From Octopus vulgaris (Eukaryota): a stretch of 64,000 nucleotides of DNA. The position numbers and the translations under genes were made by a program. Shown piece after piece: positions 1 to 13,775 of this stretch. The notes below the pieces were generated by a model. The model had not been told where the DNA came from. It was given only the letters and a program-made list of their open reading frames with translations, and did no database searches. The stretch spans positions 48,980,001 to 49,044,000 of the forward strand of contig OX597821.1 of NCBI GenBank assembly GCA_951406725.2, read 5' to 3'. The stretch's first letter is position 1; every line of letters starts with the position of its first letter.

Positions 1-549
1 TCCAAAGAAGGAAAAAATCGACCTCCCCTGCTTGTTAGAATCGTATTTTTATATACAATTCCACATGTAATTTATTTACCCCAAAAATTAGCAATTATCT
101 TCCCTGCTTCTAATAATCACTGATTGTCCCCACTCAAATTTATTTATTTACTTCCCACCAGCATAAAATGAGTACAACTAATATGGTAGCACGGAATCCT
201 TAACACTATCACTAATTGTTCAGTCGACTGTGTAAATATTTTACTTCATAAATATATTTCTCCAACATAATCATTTCAGTGCACTTTTCTTCTCTTTTAC
301 TAGAGAGAGAGAGAGAGAGAAAGAAAGAGAGAGAGAGCGCGAGACGAGTACCCTTCCTGTTTCCATCTTCTTGGTTTCCCTCACATAGTCTGGTTTATGA
401 CAGCCGACATACAGAGGACTCGAACCGAGAGCTAAATAGTTGTGAAGCGAACTTGACCACACAGCCATGTCTGTACCCAGCATGGAGACACTGTGTTTTC
501 CAATATGAACTAATTGTAGGAAGTATTTTGCGTTATTTCTTCCCCACAG

Positions 550-703
550 GTTTTGGTACCACATGTTTGGAAGCAGCATGGGAGAGCTACGTGTTTACCT
601 GAGAATACGCAGTAGAGATTCTAACATCTTCTCCATTCGTGGAGACCAGGGCAAAGAGTGGCGTGTTGCTGATGTGGTTATTAAATCGACTGTTAACTTC
701 CAG
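550..703 (+). CDS. Multi-MAM-domain protein, first exon in window (MAM domain 1, middle part)
   Basis: Acceptor ttcttccccacAG ends at 549, donor GTaaga at 704; reads FWYHMFGSSMGELRVYL...GDQGKEWRVADVVIKSTVNFQ, typical MAM motifs. Confidence 0.93.
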
Positions 704-734
704 GTAAGAAAAATCGTTTTCTTTACCAGGGCTG

Positions 735-1060
735 TTGTTGTTTAATCTTAGGTCAGCCCTGGTTGATTAGAGTCGTAATTAGAAATATTACAACTGTAAA
801 TATTACAGCTTGTGTCCCCACTCTTTTCTTAAGAGAGATATGATTTGAGAGAGATTTGGAGAGCTCCGGTTAAAGAGACATGATAAAAAGTATTTCCATT
901 AAAGCCATCATGACTGAAATACATTTGTCTTTTTCAAACATAGTGTATCTAGGACTACACTACCTCTTGTGTTCATCTTCCTTCTAAGAGGGTGATGTGG
1001 GGTTTGAAAGTAATTTGGCTGCTATTTCTAGGACAACTAATTAGAGGTTTCTTCGTTTTC
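735..1060. repeat. Degenerate interspersed repeat (related copies about 10900-11075 and 11325-11530)
   Basis: Shared motifs gttgtttaa..caggtcagccctg, ctaggactacactac and gatttgagggagatttggctgctatttct. Confidence 0.55.
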
Positions 1061-1698
1061 TCATTCAGTTCTACATTGTTGCGTAACCCCAAGACAACAC
1101 CTGGTCAACATTTTTTCGATATGATAGATAGAAAACTTTGCTCTGCATTGCCCAAGTCCATCTAAATGTCTAAAATTGAATCAATAACTACCAGATCAAT
1201 AAGAAGCTATTTTTAATATCGATACCTACCAGATCAAAAGGTACGAGATCGGCAGGTGACAGCTCAGTAAGTACCATATCAATTTAGGGATATTACCTAC
1301 GATAGACTAATGTCCTATCGCCGGAAATAATTATCCGTTATTCACATTAAACCCTAAAATCAGAGCTGACCTTCATTGGCTCTCAAGGGATAATTTATGG
1401 GAAAGGAGAAATATAATATTACCTCCCTTCCGCGTACATTCTTTGTCACGTATTTGAAAACACAGTGGAAATGTCATAATTGAATATAAGAAAGATTTTT
1501 ACCTGATGAATCTGAAATAATTAGCCAATGTAAAAGAAGCTGGTACTGAAAAAAGTTTCTCTTGGGATAAAATCAAAACATATCGTCTGATCAGGCCCCG
1601 AAATCCAGTAAAATAAGGTCGTTATATTTTGAAATATTTATCCGGCATGTTTTAGCATCTATAGTCTTTCTACTACATTATATTTTCTTTGTCTCTAG

Positions 1699-1840
1699 AT
1701 TGTCATCGAGGCAATAAGTGGGCCAAGTTTCCGAAGTGACATAGCGATTGATGACATTCTAATAACCACCTGTACAGAAATGCAAGAATACAAGAGACTA
1801 CTGAAGAACACAATCCAAAAATCGATTTCACAACTTACAG
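1699..1840 (+). CDS. Multi-MAM protein exon (end of MAM 1 plus linker)
   Basis: Acceptor tttgtctctAG, donor GTataa; phase 0 in, phase 1 out; IVIEAISGPSFRSDIAIDDILITTCTEMQEYKRLLKNTIQKSISQLT contains the MAM DIAIDD motif. Confidence 0.92.
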
Positions 1841-2180
1841 GTATAAGTTTTGATTGATTATTTTGTTTTAATTCGATTCCCCTTTCGAATATAAACATTG
1901 TTTTCTGTTGACATGTTATGAATATGTAACATAATTACAAATAAACTAAATGCAGCGTGCATGCGCGTGTGCGTGGGTGTGAGTATGCGTGCGCAATTTC
2001 CATTAGAAAATGGAAATTGTATGGAAGCCTGTGGAATATATAGGCAGTTACACATTAATTCAATGTGTTAGTAAAGTTCAGGTGATGAAACAACTGGAGA
2101 ATTCATAGACGCTACTGACGGAGGATCCATTTACCACATGCATTATTCTATTATATATATTAGATACATTGTATAGTATA

Positions 2181-2573
2181 CTATCAGTATCGCCCGGCGT
2201 TGCTCGGGTTTGTAAGGGAAATAACTATATAAGCATTTTTAGAGATGTAAAGTATAATAGCCATCTCAATATGGCTAACCACAAATGGGGGTGTTACTAT
2301 AGCTTTTTACGTTCTGAGATTTAATAATAAATTTTTAGAGAGTTACTTCCCTTATATATGCCAAAAATGCATTAAAAATGAGAAAATTTGATGGTAAATT
2401 TTTTTTAATCGTAGACTCATCGTAGACGCGCGCTAATACCCAGAAGGGCTCGATATGAATCACGACTATAAGATACCCGGTTTTGGTTAAACTGCACCGA
2501 AAAATGTGGGAGTAGTTAGGAATCTAAATCGTAGGAGACAGGCAGCACACAACCTCACTTTTATATATAAAGA
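2181..2573 (-). mobile_element. Non-autonomous Helitron
   Basis: Minus strand begins A|TCtttatatataaaag and ends with hairpin cccgagcaacgccggg followed by ctgaTAG|T (variant of CTAG). Confidence 0.75.
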
Positions 2574-2635
2574 TGTGTGTGCACACGTATATACAAAAGT
2601 GTATGCATTTATACATACTATTCAAATACGAACAC

Positions 2636-2691
<56 letters not shown>

Positions 2692-3764
2692 TTATTTGTG
2701 TGTGTGTGTGTGTGCACACGTATGTGCATACGTGCGTGTGTGTGTAGATAAAAAATATAAAATCTTGATCCAAAATGTTCTACAAAAATACAACTGTGCT
2801 CATGATACTTTCTTCGACCAATGCTGTATTCATATTTTCATCTGAATTCTCTTCGGTTTGTTTGGAAAATGCCTTAGTTTGTCTCATCTTCTAAGAGAAA
2901 TGCTGAAGTACATTATAACTAGCCGTTTATAGCAAGATGCGGCAATGTCACTGATTTAAAATTACAAGAATTCATTATGTTTTGCTATCTAGCTATGCTC
3001 TATATTGTATAATACCTTGCATTGTTATTGCTCTTTGTTCTAAATACACGGCGAGGAGAGTAAAAATAACATATATATGCTCTACAGAACTTCCCACAAA
3101 TAAAAACGATTAATGATGGAAGTAAAACTCATAACGCAACTCAAAGCTAAAATAAATACACAAATAATCAGTTAAGGAAACAATAACTGTGCGATAAGTA
3201 TAACTTTAACGTTAAAAAATTCAGACTTCGTTGGTCATGTTTATAGCAATTCCATTGACCCAGCAGCAACACTCTCCACTTCTTCCAGAAGATGTAACTG
3301 TGAAGGGTTAAAGCGTTGATGGTACATATACACATATAGATATAGGTTTAAGTTCACAAACGAAAGAAAAGAGCACTCAATACAGATTTAATGTATTGAT
3401 ACTCTGTGTTTCGCGAAATAAGGAGCACTCACAATCAGACAGTATTTAGGAGATAGTGGAACCTGTATTTGTAAATCAGCCTCAAAATGTTTTCTTGTAG
3501 GTGACGGTAGGGGCTCAACAGTGGTGAAAGACATAGCCTGTCAAATATATTTCGGGATGTACTGATATGATGTAAGAGAAATAACCTAGTCCATGCCTGG
3601 AGTCCAAGGATAACTATTCTGTGATGCTTGTTAGATTGGTGGCAGTGAACATAATCAATATGCCTTGCCTTTTCAGAAGAGCAGAAGCTGTCTAAGAGAA
3701 ATTTCCTCCGATGACGGCAATCAGGCAGTACTCTGACCACCAAGTTAAGTAACAACCCTATTAT

Positions 3765-3941
3765 AGATAGAAGCCTGAAATTCTGGAAAAGGGGGGTAGT
3801 CGATTATATTAACCCCAGTGCTCGACTAGTATTGATTTTATCAATCCCAAAATGACAAAAAGCAGAATTCAGTTCGGCTAGAAGAAATTCCGCCAAGTAT
3901 TTTGTCCTTTGCAGTAACGATTGTGCAAGCTCGCCGTCTTC
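3765..3941 (-). mobile_element. tRNA-derived SINE, degenerate (same family as 58448-58655)
   Basis: Reverse complement starts aagacggcgagcttgcacaatcgtta and aligns with the copy at 58448. Confidence 0.7.
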
Positions 3942-4174
3942 CAAGTTAAGTAATAATAGGAACTTTTTAAATACCTGGAAATTCTCTAATCGGAAATGTT
4001 TGTAGTTTATGCGATCTATTCGAGTTCGGAGTGACTTTATCGCCGATACTTCAAGAACTTCCTCTTTGAGTTTCCAGACAAACTGGGATAAGGATACAGA
4101 GCTTTTTCTGTCTCATACCTGTTTGATGTGCTAACGGTAGTCCATATTTGACATCATAGAGCAGTGTAGAAATG

Positions 4175-4440
4175 GATGTACTCTTAACGTAGTTCTCGGG
4201 GACACAGAGTGTGACAAGGCTGGCCCTTTGAAATACAGGTATAACAGAAACAGGAAGAAAGAGTGAGAGAAATTTATGGGGAAAGAACGCAGCAGGTTTC
4301 GCCACCACCCCTGCCGGAGCCTTGTGGAGATTTAGGTGTTTTCGCTCAATAAACTCTCATAACGCCCGGTCTGGGAATCGAAACTGCGATCCTATGATCG
4401 CGAGTCCGCTGCCCTAACCATTGGGCCATTGCGCCTCCAC
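4175..4440 (-). mobile_element. tRNA-derived SINE
   Basis: Minus strand has A box TGGCCCAATGG and B box GTTTCGATTCC; 3' part shared with the SINEs at 5480 and 45523. Confidence 0.8.
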
Positions 4441-4480
4441 ATACAAATATATATATATTACACACACACACACACAAACA

Positions 4481-4574
<94 letters not shown>

Positions 4575-4578
<4 letters not shown>

Positions 4579-4877
4579 AACAAAATTTGGCTGAAATTGA
4601 TGAGTGGGCGTTTGGCCCAATCAGATGTGCAAGGAGCCGTGTTATCGTTGATTTGTGGGTTTGATTCTGATTGGGGTTAGCTCATCATTTTTCAGTCATT
4701 TTTTTGTATTTAAAAATTGTTGCCTCAAATCGGAGAATAAAAGATTATTATTATATTATTATACAGTTATTATACTATGAGTCTTCCATAGTAGCTTTCT
4801 CTCCGTAACTTACAAAGCCTTTCGTACTTGTTTACATATATTATATATGTATAAGTTACAGAGAGAAGGCTATTATG

Positions 4878-4948
<71 letters not shown>

Positions 4949-5370
4949 TTTTATTCCCCGATCTGAGGCGACAATCTTTAAATACAAAATGATGACTGAA
5001 AAATGATGAGCTAACCCCAGCCAAAATCAAACCCATAAATCAACGCTAACACGGCTCCTTGCACATCTGATTGGGCCAGACGCTCACCCGTCAATTTCAG
5101 CCAAATTTATTTAAAATATACTTAAACTGTCTAATACAACATATAATATTTCTAAACAAAGCAAATGGCTTTGTAAGTTACGAAGAGAAAACAACTATAG
5201 AAGATTCATAGTATAATAACTGTATAATAATGACTGAAATTGATGAGATGCGCAAGGAGCCATGTTAGCATTGGCTTGTGGGTTCGATTCTGGAGTTAGC
5301 ACATCATTTTTCAGTCATTTGTCTATATTTAAAAATTGTTGCTTCAAATCGGAGAATAAATATTATTATG
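4575..5370. repeat. Compound inverted/direct repeat: A B (TAA)n A-rc B-rc A
   Basis: 4580-4750 is the reverse complement of 4945-5112 and recurs directly at 5231-5370; 4755-4835 is the reverse complement of about 5150-5230. Confidence 0.85.
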
Positions 5371-5372
5371 AT

Positions 5373-5478
<106 letters not shown>

Positions 5479-5479
5479 C

Positions 5480-5727
5480 TCGCATTCCGTCGGGTACGAC
5501 GACTAGGGTTCCAGTCGATCCGATCAATGGAACAGCTTGCTCGTGTAATCAACATGCAAGTGGCTGAGCACTCCACAGGCACGCTCACTCTTAACGTAGG
5601 TCACTGGGAACTTCAGCGTCGCACAGAATGTGATAAAGCTGCCCTTTTGAAATGCAGGTACTATTCATTTTTGCTAGCTGAATGTAGTGGAGCAACACGA
5701 AATAAAGTGTCTTGCTCAAGGATACAA
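5480..5727 (-). mobile_element. SINE 3' portion (same family as 45523-45948)
   Basis: cattccgtcgggtacgacga...gtgtcttgctcaagga is the reverse complement of the 45523 SINE body. Confidence 0.75.
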
Positions 5728-6308
5728 TATTAATATATTCCAGTTTGTCCAAAATAGGGAAAGGATCAGTCAAAAGAGGTATGTATGCGTTAAGTAGTTC
5801 CATGATCGAATGAATAACACAATTATATGTAATGTTTATTAGCAGTTTCAAATGAAAATGTTCAATGATAATCCATGGCAAGGAATTGTGGAAGTTACCA
5901 GTTCCAATTTTGCATAGAGAACGAATGAGCGTTCAATTGGAATTTTATACCACAGTATGGAGGAAAGACAGACAGATATATGTAGTGTACATATATCCTA
6001 GTCAGTATGCTTGTTGAAGGAGTGCATATATATATCAGATCCAACAGAGGTAGAATCTACAAAAAAGTACTCTATACAGTGATAGATAAATATCAATTTA
6101 AATACACAAACGAAAGAGCTACCAATAGTTTAATTTTATGATACTTGAACAGGCATATTTATAAAATACGCCATGTATTTAAAGCAATCTTTCACATCTA
6201 CATGCCAGTACCGGCCCTGGTGTGTAGATGTGTTTTAGAACTTTGTGTATCATCTTGATGAGTGGAGTGCAACAAAACATCGTTGAAAATAGAGGTCTAA
6301 ATATAGTA

Positions 6309-6485
6309 AATGACACAACCACAGAGCACTTACAATCAGAACAACGAGTTTCTCGACAGCGAGTTATTCGATTCTCGCTATCATTATTCAGATGCTGCAA
6401 AATGAAGAACGATAGCGAGAATCGAATTAATCGCTGTCAACAAACTCGGAATTTAGAAATTAGGTACTCCGTGTTTGTGTCATTA
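6309..6485. repeat. Long imperfect hairpin
   Basis: gacagcgagttattcgattctcgctatc pairs with gatagcgagaatcgaattaatcgctgtc; outer aatgacacaa pairs with ttgtgtcatt. Confidence 0.8.
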
Positions 6486-6994
6486 GATAAAGAGAGAGAG
6501 AGAGAGAGGGGAGAAAGGGAGAGAGAGCGAGCGAGAGAAACATGCGTAACACAAAGTATACACCTACACATACGCGGTTTAGTTCAATAAATCTACTCCC
6601 GTATTACACTGCCTCTTCATTTATCCACGCAGAGATGAACTTGCTGGGATTTGAACATCGAATTAAAATGGATGTAATTATATACTATGCAGTAATATGT
6701 CCGCTATCTCACCCGCTGAATCCAACATCCACCACTTAGAAAACTACAACATCATATATTTTACCCGCCAGCCTATTGATTTAAATACCCACCATTTTTT
6801 GTAGCTGTTGGTTAAATCGATCCCAGTTCTTTGCTGGTATGATCATGCGACAGTCAGCGAGGAAATAAGTATAAGTAGTATACTGGTATTGGATTCAATC
6901 GACTATGTTTACCCTTTCTAACTGCAATCGATATCCTACTAATTCTTCTGGCTTTTCTATTTTTTACTTTTACTCCCCCTTCTCTCTCTCTCAG

Positions 6995-7144
6995 GTCTTT
7001 TAAAACGTCAACGCTGCAATTTTGATGACGATTTATGTGGCTGGACCCAGGAACAAAATGATATATTTGACTGGACACACCATTATGGACCGACAACGAC
7101 AATAGGTACAGGACCATCTTGTGACCGCACCAACTGTATAATGG
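6995..7144 (+). CDS. Multi-MAM protein exon (start of MAM 2)
   Basis: Polypyrimidine tract plus cAG, donor GTatgt; phase 1/1; LLKRQRCNFDDDLCGWTQEQNDIFDWTHHYGPTTTIGTGPSCDRTNCIM. Confidence 0.94.
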
Positions 7145-8149
7145 GTATGTATTTTAGTCTTGTCTTTAATCACCAAACAGTTTTGAAATTATTTCAATTT
7201 CTTATTATTTTATGATTGATCAAGTATAAACATTTTCAGAAACCTGACGAAACATTTCAATCGAAGAAGGTTGCAGTTCGAACTAATTAGAAATTCAATG
7301 ACAAAAATTATTGATTTTAGATATTCGTTAACTTTCGATTTTAATTTCAGTTTGATAAGCTTACGTTTTGACATTTCTATTAGAATGCTTAGTAGCTTCT
7401 CATCTCTACTCTGGGTCCTTTTACAAGTTTAAATAGGAAATATAACACTAAGTTGACAAAACACATGAGAATAACTTAAATCAATATATTTATGTATGTG
7501 TGTGTGTATGTGTATGCATGCATGCATGCATGTATGTATGTATGTATGTATGTATGTATGTATGTATGTATGTATGTATGTATGCATGTATGCATTATGT
7601 ATGTATGTTATGCCTACCGATGCTTGTGTATGATGTGTTCAAAGTGTGAAGTAGCCTTTCATACAACCAATCCTACTCCCTGAACAACGATGACAGCTAC
7701 CCCCAAAAGAAGGACAAGCCGACACCATAGGCTGCAGATTTTACATCAGGGTCGCAGAGTTTTCCTTTCTTAGATTGATGTTCTAACAAGGACTAGGGCT
7801 TTCTCACTCCCAGTAACGTTGTGCACCATGCCTACATTCACATTCTCATGGTTCTCTACTGACTGAACCTGTTGTGTCTATCCGTTGTCGAAAACGTGTC
7901 GATCGCCTGTGCAGTCACTGTTTTCTGCTCTAAAGTCACCAGTTTGTCGAGGATTGCTAAAGGAACTACCGCTCTCCATAAGAAATAGCAGGATTAAGCA
8001 TTTGTACACAGTATTGGATGGCCGTTGACATTCATGAGTTCATTCACCCTTTGACAGGTTTTTATCCTGCAGGATATTCTATTACCCTCTTCACTAAACA
8101 AACTTAGTGGAGTTGCCAGTTTAGTTGCCAACGATTCCACCATACAGCA

Positions 8150-10330
8150 AGTTGCACTGGATTACAAGATTGGTTTAATGAAAATAAGTTGCTATTTGAA
8201 AAGAAGAGAACACTTTCGACTTTGCTCAAGGATGGCTACTCCGCCAGAGAAAGAATAAAACTTACCAATGCATTTAAATATGTGAAATCTTGTGTTCAGT
8301 GATGGTTGAGAAATATCCAGGAATCTTGATGGAGGGCGCTAAGGCTGGTGAAATTCAGCCTGCCTCCAATTCCAGCAACACAAGTTGTTGTACACTCTCC
8401 TTCATTAGGTATATAGACCTTCATCTTCTCTTGTTGGTCATTACGCATTAAAGGTGGCAAATTTCTACTTAGGCAATCAAAAAAAATGTTAGGTAGGTGG
8501 AAACAACATTCTGACGAACTTTTAAATCAACTATCAGCGTTTGATGAAGAGTTCATTGAGTCAATAAGACGCAGACCTAACAAAAATGTTCTTGCAGAGG
8601 TTCCTTCATTAGAAGTCAAATATGTTGTTAATGAACTGAATAGCGGTAAGTTTCCCAGTGTGGATGGTCTGCATGTGGAGATCTTTAAGTGTAGAAGCCA
8701 AAATTTGATGCGCCGACTTACCTCCTAAATATAGACGACTTGGGCTGATGAGGTAACTCCGCAAAGCTGGAAAGATGCACTTATGTTTGTACTCTATTAG
8801 GGAAACACTGGAAAAGACGATTGTGGAAACTACCGAGAGATATTGCTTTCTGTTACTGGTAAGGTCTCGTGCACAGTTATACTCGATAGACTGCTTCGTA
8901 CATTGTTATTGATGTTCATCTGGAATCTCAGTGTGGTTTTAGCAGAAGATGTATCATTGATAAGATACTCTCAGTTAGGTAACTACAGAAAAAAGTGTAT
9001 CGAATAAAGAATGGATCTATTTCAAGTGTTTGTCGACCTAGCAAAGATGTTTGACACAGTGAACATAAGCTCTCTGGAAGATACTGATGAAACTCGGGTG
9101 TCCAACTAAATTTGTGCTGATTCTTCGTTAATTCTATGACAATATGGAGGCCTGAGTGAACGTTGGTGGTAATGTTTCTGATTCGGTTGTAGTGAATAAT
9201 GGTGTCAAACAATTTCAGTGCCAACATTGTTTTCACTGTATTTTACATAGGTGTCTGTAATGGGTTTTAGTGAGTGTCCATAGGACATCTCAGAGCAGAC
9301 TCAAAAGTTATGTACTCATTACTTAGAGAATTTCTTTCCTCACACTGAAGAAGACCAGCAACATATTATGGACATTTTCCCCAACGCTTGTTTTGGGCTA
9401 GGCCTGACGATAAGTCTTAAAAGGGCCATGCTTGAAACCAGATATACAAATGTATGGTCAGATGCTCTAAGTTGCAGACAGGTTTATATATCTTGGCAGA
9501 ACCCTTAGTATACCATGCACCCCACTTGACAATAAAATCTCACTAAGAATCAGCAAAGCCAGTGATGCTTTCAGAAAGTTGGAAAAGTACCTATGGTTTT
9601 TACGTGGTATCTCTACTGATACTAAAGTGAGGATATATATAACGTGTATATTGTCCTAGTTGTACGCTTGTGAGACTTGGGTATCCGAGTGAAAGTATCT
9701 GAAATAGCTGGAGCGCTTCCACCAGCAGTGGCTACGTCAATCACTTTGCAGCATCGACTCCAATAGGCGAGTGAGAATGGCGAACTGCATGACCCCGAAG
9801 CCACTTCTGTATAGCGAGGAATAGAAAGTGTCCACCTTAGCTAAGATCCTTGAAGAAAATCCTTGAATACATAAAACCCTTGAAGAAAGCTAACATCTCA
9901 GAAAAGGACTGGGAAGAAACTACAACGAATCAGGTAAGATTGAAGAAAGCAATATATGACGAAAGTGAGAAGTTCGAAATAGCTAGAAGAAATCACGATA
10001 AATTGAAGAGGAACACAAGAAAAGAGGTGGACGTGATATCTTCTGAATATTTGGAAGTCCAGAATGAGGTGAAATACTATGAATGTGGGAGAGTCTATTT
10101 CGACAGAAAAGTCACAAAAGAAGTTACATATGGAGAGTTAACAACATACCATGAGTGTTGCATGGTTTACCAATCAGCAGGGGGCTTGAAACAAGCCATG
10201 AAAATGCATAATAGCCAACAAGTTGCTCCTGTCGTTGTTTTGGAGGCAATTATGTATGTAACATCTGTACCAAAGAAAAGTTACACCCGTGCTACTCATA
10301 TTCGAGAACAAAGAAGCAACCATCATATAT
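8150..10330 (+). mobile_element. RTE-clade LINE, decayed RT and C-terminal zinc-finger region
   Basis: Fragments GKFPSVDGLHVEIFK, WKDA, DCGNYREI, ESQCGF, VFVDLAKMFDTVN; C-terminal CxxC / SAGGLK..H; many stops and frameshifts. Confidence 0.85.
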
Positions 10331-11569
10331 GTAGACAAGGCTGCACGGCGTTCAATTATATATATATGTATGTGTGTACGTACGTATGTACGAGTGTGTG
10401 TATGTGTATGTGTGTATATGCTCACACGCACGCACACCTACACATACATGTAAACTTAATCTGTAGATATTTAAGACTGGACATCAGCGAGGAAATGTAG
10501 CCATGTAAATGGCATAGGTTTCGCTCTTCCCCTCGTCACTAACTTATATCATTTATTTGGATTTCTATATGACTTCTAATTATTCTATTAATCAATGGAG
10601 AAGTGACAGTTATGAAAACCACTTATTGATTTAGTTATCTAATTCACTCTAAACAGATACGCAAAAAGGATAATTTCACATCAAATTCTCTCACAGCTTT
10701 TGCAACAATAACAATAAACCTTTTAAAATCAATTATTTTTCATTATATTCCACCTATAGTACAAAAATGATATTTACTTACCATCGCCTCTCCTATTTCT
10801 CATGTATTATGTCTCATACCGACCATTATATGTTCTAGTAATTTTCTCTAACACAGTCCTTAACCAGCAATATAATCATTAAAATTGATATGAAACTATC
10901 ATTTAATCAACGTCGTTCCAGCTGTAACCATTCTCTCTTCTCTTCTGCCATATTAAATCCAGGACACTATTATTCGTCTATATATTCTTCCATTTTAGGA
11001 CGATTGCGCGAATTATTTAAGAGAGATTTAGATATTTCTGGCAGGTCGAGCGGACTTATAAATGTTCTCTTGTTGACTGTAATTGTTAGATGATTCTTAG
11101 CGTTATTGACAAAGACTTCCTCTTCGGGTAACATGCTAAGGACAAGGCTTGATGAAAATCTATCCTTTCCTAAATTTTTATTAGCTTTTCAGAAAGCAGA
11201 GCTAAGTGAAAATAGTTTTGCATTTTGGGAGTTTATCATTTATGGAGATATGGTATTACTGTAATTACTAGTTTTCAATTCTTTGATCTGTTTTTTTTTT
11301 TGTTTTCTTTTTGTAATTAAGGTTTATTGTTGTTTAACCCTGGGTTGGTCTTGATCAAACTGACTTGTGATTCCAACCGAAATCCTTCCGTCATTTTCCA
11401 TTGGCACTAGGACTTTTCTATTGCAGCTAGGACTTCACTATCTAACGTGTCGCTTTATATATAAGGCAATGGGGTGGGATTTGAGGGAGATTATGGTTAC
11501 CATTTCTTGCATGTCAAATGATTAGGTAGCGAAAAATATTCAGATCATGGGTGAGAGGAATAATACTAG

Positions 11570-13330
11570 TCTATAAGGAGAGGTGCTCTAAGAAGTATAC
11601 AAGATAATAAATATTATTGTATCGTTCGTGCTTATATCTGGATTTTCCTTCATAGAACTTGTTGCTTTAAACCTTGTAAACCAGTTTGTTATGTTGTGAA
11701 AAGCAAGCGTTGATTGAGGTACCCTTCACGTTTAGTGCTCGAACTATTTGATAGAAGTGATGGATTTCTGGTGTGGCTTTATATGATTTTTTTCACCTCA
11801 CTCTCATCTTCTTGGCCATATCACAATTAACATATTCAGATCACGCATCTCTTAGTGGTTCGTCATTCTCTTTCCTAGTAGAACAGAATTAAGCTCAATT
11901 TAAATTCGTCAGGCTCTCCACATCGTTGATATTAAAACTTTAATTCAGTTCTCTTATTGTTATTGATGTTGTTAATATTTCTGTTGTTGTTGGCGTCGTT
12001 TTGTTGCTATAATCATCTATTCTATATAAATTGACAAAATACTGAGGTGTGCCTGTAGTACAACAACAAAGATATTTTATTGTGATACACAGTACTGTGC
12101 ATCAATATTATAGAACAGTGAAAAATGGTATATTAGTGTAGCGTAGCGTAGAGTAGCGTACACGGTTTGGTACCCGTATCTTCTATATTTCAGCTAGAAA
12201 TTTATACCTTAACGTTTTTTTTTTGTTTTGTTTTTTTGGAGGCGGGGGTTCCATTCCAGTATATCAACATGTCCATGTAAACTACCTTCATACAATCAGC
12301 TAAAATGTCCTTATGAATGACATATAATGTCCATTTACACTGCTAGAATTCATAGGAGTTTGAGCCGTCTGTCTGGCATCATAGATTGTTGTTGTTGTCA
12401 CCGTCGCCGTCGTCAACATCAACAACGTTGTTACTTCTCGTCCACTTTCTTTTACAGCTAAACGCACAATTCAAACACCAGACACATCGATGCAGTGTCA
12501 CTGTTTTCTCGGGACCAACAGAGGATAGTTCCAGCACCGGAACAGAGTAGAACAACTATCATACAAAACTATTTTCATGGATTCTATCTCTATTTAAAGC
12601 GGGGAGAGAAAGTGTTCACTGGTTTCATTTTTGTTTTTTGTACGTAGAACAGGCATACGTTTCTATTTTTATTCTTGTTCTTATTATTGTCACTGTTATT
12701 TTTTGCAGTGAGTGTCGTGTCTGGCTTTTCTTGTTCTGGTAGTTACTTTTGTTATTGTTGCAGTCGATGGTTTAATTATTCATTATGCTGTTATTGCTGA
12801 CAATGTTGATGACGATGTTAACGCTGTTGTGGTTGTCGTTTTTATACGTAGTCTGTCTCTTCTCCCACCATCTTTGACAATCCAACTTTTCCATTTCTTG
12901 GGGATGGTTCAGCCTAACTTATCTTTCCTTCGCTTCATTCACCCCCACTAAACGTCATTCTTCCTACTCTTCCTTCATGTCTAATGTCTAAATATAGCTG
13001 TTATTGCTGGCTGCTTCTTTTGCAGGCCAGGCAACAACAGAGAAGTTCCCTTGTTGACCATCAATGGCTGTTCATCATAGCCGCCAAATGTGACGTTAAT
13101 TTACAGTTTAGATGTTTACTTTTGTTATTGCTATGATAATCAATTTAGTTCATTCATACTCAACACCGACAATTAGCAGAACAGTGTGTAGAACAAGAAG
13201 TGAGTTGCACAGGAAGTGAGTAAAGTCAGTTACTAGGTACTCAAACTACTCTCACTGAGCACTTCACACAACGCGCGCGCGCGCACTTCTCTATGAAAGA
13301 GTTTCAGAAGGGTGTTTTTTTACTAAATTT
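11570..13330 (-). mobile_element. Probable decayed 5'/ORF1 region of a Tx1-like LINE
   Basis: Minus strand gagagtgaggtgaaaaaaatcatataaagccacaccagaaatc resembles 50847-50890; ACA/AAC-rich composition like 50200-51400. Confidence 0.4.
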
Positions 13331-13698
13331 CTTAATCTCATGCTCGCTTTTTTCTCACATATTTTTACTCTATCTTCAGTCAGCAGAATTATTTTGATTC
13401 AGTATTTATTGAATATAGAATTATTTAACATCTATATTCTTTACCCTCTGTGAAGTTCTAAACATCTTATAATGAAGCCAGTGTACTTTTATTACATTCT
13501 CTTGTTTGTCAAGTACTGCTATTAGTCAAACCGGCAGAATCTGTCCCCAAAATATGGTCCTGTACCTAAGAAGAAGTCATTATCGTCATTATTAATTAAT
13601 TAATATATTTATTATATACCTTTTGTGTAAGTCCATCATAAATATATCATTACATATATTTATGGAATTAATTATCCTTTATGAATCTATCATTGTAG

Positions 13699-13775
13699 GT
13701 AAATACCTCTACATTGAAGCCTCTGCCCCTCGTATGAGAGGAGACTATTCAGCTATTTATTCCCCAGTGTTTCAG
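13699..13775 (+). CDS. Multi-MAM protein exon (MAM 2)
   Basis: tgtAG / GTaagg; phase 1/0; GKYLYIEASAPRMRGDYSAIYSPVFQ. Confidence 0.93.

Noticed and set aside
279-549. ORF 279-602 as an upstream exon
   Set aside because: Made of (GA)n and a SINE remnant; the MAM exon starts at 550 in another frame.
2082-2176. Candidate extra exon after ttcAG (DETTGEFIDATDGGS...)
   Set aside because: No polypyrimidine tract, runs into a stop with no convincing donor, and flanking exons already join in phase.
3501-3565. Good-looking acceptor ttttcttgtAG
   Set aside because: The in-phase reading hits TGA and has no MAM similarity; probably a repeat remnant.
4370-4440. tRNA gene (also 45523 and 58448)
   Set aside because: A/B boxes belong to SINE heads continuing into SINE bodies; no complete cloverleaf.
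7244-7295. CTGACGA as a hammerhead core
   Set aside because: No complete GAAA, no UH site and no stem I.
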